DNA of 64,000 nt from Podarcis filfolensis (taxonomy: Eukaryota), in assembly GCA_964270895.1 (NCBI GenBank), contig OZ185437.1. One strand, 5' to 3'. The notes beneath the pieces were generated by a model, which ran no database searches, was not told the origin of the DNA, and worked only from the letters and a program-made list of their open reading frames with translations. Position numbers and translations under genes: made by a program. Positions 61,832-64,000 of this stretch are shown here, piece by piece (positions within the stretch are counted from its first letter, which is position 1; the number at the start of each line of letters is the position of its first letter).

Positions 61832-62399
61832 TTATGTTGCCTTCCTTTAGTGCCTGCAGGCCTGATATGGGTCCCAATTTGGCCTACAAGGCCATTTCCC
61901 CCAAACTACGGCCACTTGCCCAACCACTGATGTTATATGTTGGTGCCAATTGTTGGTGGTTGCAAAGTGTTGTGCTTATCCAACAGCGAGATCCACAGAG
62001 TTCCCTTCATTGGAACCTCCCCAGTGTAGCTGAGGGGGACTTGCTGTCAGTGCCTATCAGCTGACTGGTGCTGGCAGCTAGTGAGTCCCACTGGGATCAG
62101 CTACACTGCAGAGCTACTGATCAGGAAGCTGAGGACGTACAGTCCTTTGCAAGCCCCCAACCCCCCCCCGCCGCCATATCAGATGATTCCCTTTCAAAGC
62201 ACTGCCTTTACCCACAACAGTTTGATTTCAAGCCACATGGGCAAGGAAAACAGGTCCACTGATACCACTATGATTGGTCCCAGGGGACTGACAGGTTGGT
62301 TGACACAGGGTGGAAGAGATAAGGATCCACCCCTACTTTACTGCATCACTCTATATTCCAAGCCAAGCTGACTTTTGCCATTTCTAGATAGGTCTAGAC

Positions 62400-62536
62400 C
62401 AGTGTTGGCCCAAACTTGGGTCTCCAGCTGTTTTGGGACTACAATTCCCATCATCCCTGACCACTGGTCCTGTTAGCTAGGGGTGATGGAAATTGTAGTC
62501 CAAAAACAGCTGGAGACCCAAGTTTGGCCAACACTG
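62400..62536. mobile_element. hAT-type palindromic MITE, same internal family as 2551-2686
   Basis: TIR cagtgttggcccaaacttgggtctccagctg / cagctggagacccaagtttggccaacactg; imperfect 8-bp TSD gtctagac/gtctcgag. Confidence 0.85.
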
Positions 62537-63555
62537 GTCTCGAGAAATAATTTGTTCAGTATGAAGATGGCCTGAAATGACTGAAGCCAGCTATATCCAG
62601 TAGATGTTTACACAACACACTGAAGGCATGCTGTGTAATGAGCCCCACTTGCCTTCCTGCTACATCGTCAGGTGACAGCCTGAGTCACCTTGACTTGTAC
62701 TGCGGTGACCAGGGACAAAGAGTGCAGGGCTCACACTCATTAAAAGACAATGGAAAAGGGGAATCTGAGAAGGTGCTAGATCTTCTTACTCTCCTGAGGT
62801 TCCCTCTTGTCTATACAGCTGCATACAAAGCGCATGGCATGCTGCACTATCCAAGCCCATAAACAATAACAACTTTTTTATTTTCCAAGAGAATTCAGTT
62901 TTAAATTATAGTTTTGAAATTGCTGCAATTAAGAGAGCTGACCAAATTTTGAGGATTCTGCATGCTGTGCCCTAGATACGTATGAAGCAGTGAGCTATAG
63001 GGCCTAATTTTAACATCAAGAGGCCACAGTGGGGATAAGGGTAGGGGAACCCTTTTCTGCTTTATTGCCGGATCCTTTGTTGCCCAAACTCCCTCCCCCA
63101 GCCAGGTCAGAAACTGGAATGGTGGAACACAAGGAGTTAAAGTGGGAAAAAATTTACCTCCTGCTCTTATTTTATATTTAAAAGTTAAATACACAACACC
63201 CCAAAAATTTGTAACAAAAATGCCTACCATCACCACATCCAGTTTGGCCCCCAATATGCCAATAGATTATAATAAATAATCATTATTATAACGTGATGAG
63301 CCAGTGCAATTTTGCATTCTTCCACAAGATGTCTCTAATTCACTAAATTGTGAATATGACTTTAGTTAATGATGGGCTACACACATCCAAAGAGAATCTG
63401 CATTCAGAATACAGATCATGTATGTATTCTGATATTTGATCTTAACACAGGCTGGATATAATTAATTAGAGACAAAGTTATGTTTAACCAATCGAGAACA
63501 ACAGACCAGCAAGTGTTTACCCCAAAACGCTAGTGACTGTGAATTGATTTGTACC

Positions 63556-63581
63556 ATATATATATATATATATATATATAT
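63556..63581. repeat. (AT)n microsatellite
   Basis: Direct reading. Confidence 0.97.
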
Positions 63582-64000
63582 TCCATACTTTAAAAAGGGA
63601 ATGGATTTGGTTTCTTCTGCTGCTGTTCTTACAGATACTTCCATGACGGTTTTTAGAGACTGTATTCTAAAATCACTTTATTGTTTATTGACATTTATTA
63701 TGTGGTGCACTAATCTGGATGCCAAACTGACAGAAGAAATAAACTTCAATCATTTCAGAGGTGCTCTTCTACTTTCCTCTGCTGAAACAAATATGCAGTT
63801 TACACCCTTGCTCAGGGCCATGAATCTTTACCTTTCACTCTGAAAGTGAAACAAGAAAGCTAGGTACGACTGAACCATGACAGTTTCGCAACAGTAAGCA
63901 AGCGCTTTGGAACGTTCAAGTGTTGCAAATATAGACCTTCCGAACTGGAACATCTAACCATTTTGATTATCTTAGTAACTAAATACATGTTATAAACCCT

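Noticed and set aside
61623-61877. Poly-Tyr ORF on the minus strand
   Set aside because: It is a translation of the (TAA)n microsatellite.
1-64000. Prokaryotic systems (CRISPR arrays, operons, defence islands) and most of the ORF track
   Set aside because: The window is intron-rich vertebrate DNA with no direct-repeat/spacer array. The listed ORFs are short chance frames, antisense frames of real exons or partial read-throughs of exons.
60966-64000. Next upstream ARHGAP18 exon (expected IPKFIV...KKM...ND-like)
   Set aside because: No matching minus-strand frame with splice sites was found; it probably lies beyond position 64000.

Overview
This is vertebrate genomic DNA, most likely from a squamate and probably a lacertid lizard. 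That assignment is inferred from the Sauria-type SINEs, other squamate tRNA-SINEs and the hAT/pogo MITE families. The + strand carries the last 17 coding exons of LAMA2 (laminin alpha-2, end of LG1 through LG5; exons 49-65 counting back from the 65-exon human gene). All have GT-AG boundaries and splice into one open frame of 2532 nt (843 aa + stop), ending at 39272, with poly(A) signals at 39372 and 39492. One of these exons is a 12-nt micro-exon (7985-7996) that the ORF track misses. After about 17 kb of intergenic DNA, the - strand carries the last three coding exons of ARHGAP18 and an inferred 3'UTR of about 2.5 kb. This convergent arrangement matches human 6q22. The rest is introns and intergenic DNA with SINEs, L2/CR1/L1 fragments, TA- and 8-bp-TSD MITEs, a solo LTR with a perfect 5-bp TSD, microsatellites and a 135-N assembly gap. 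I do not see a convincing new multi-gene system. The best leads are the micro-exon with its downstream RBFOX/MBNL-type motif block, an Asp-to-Glu change at the LG5 calcium-ligand position, a roughly 0.9-kb array of nested hairpins in the last LAMA2 intron, and the solo LTR. Comparisons with human and mouse sequences are from memory, not from a database search.
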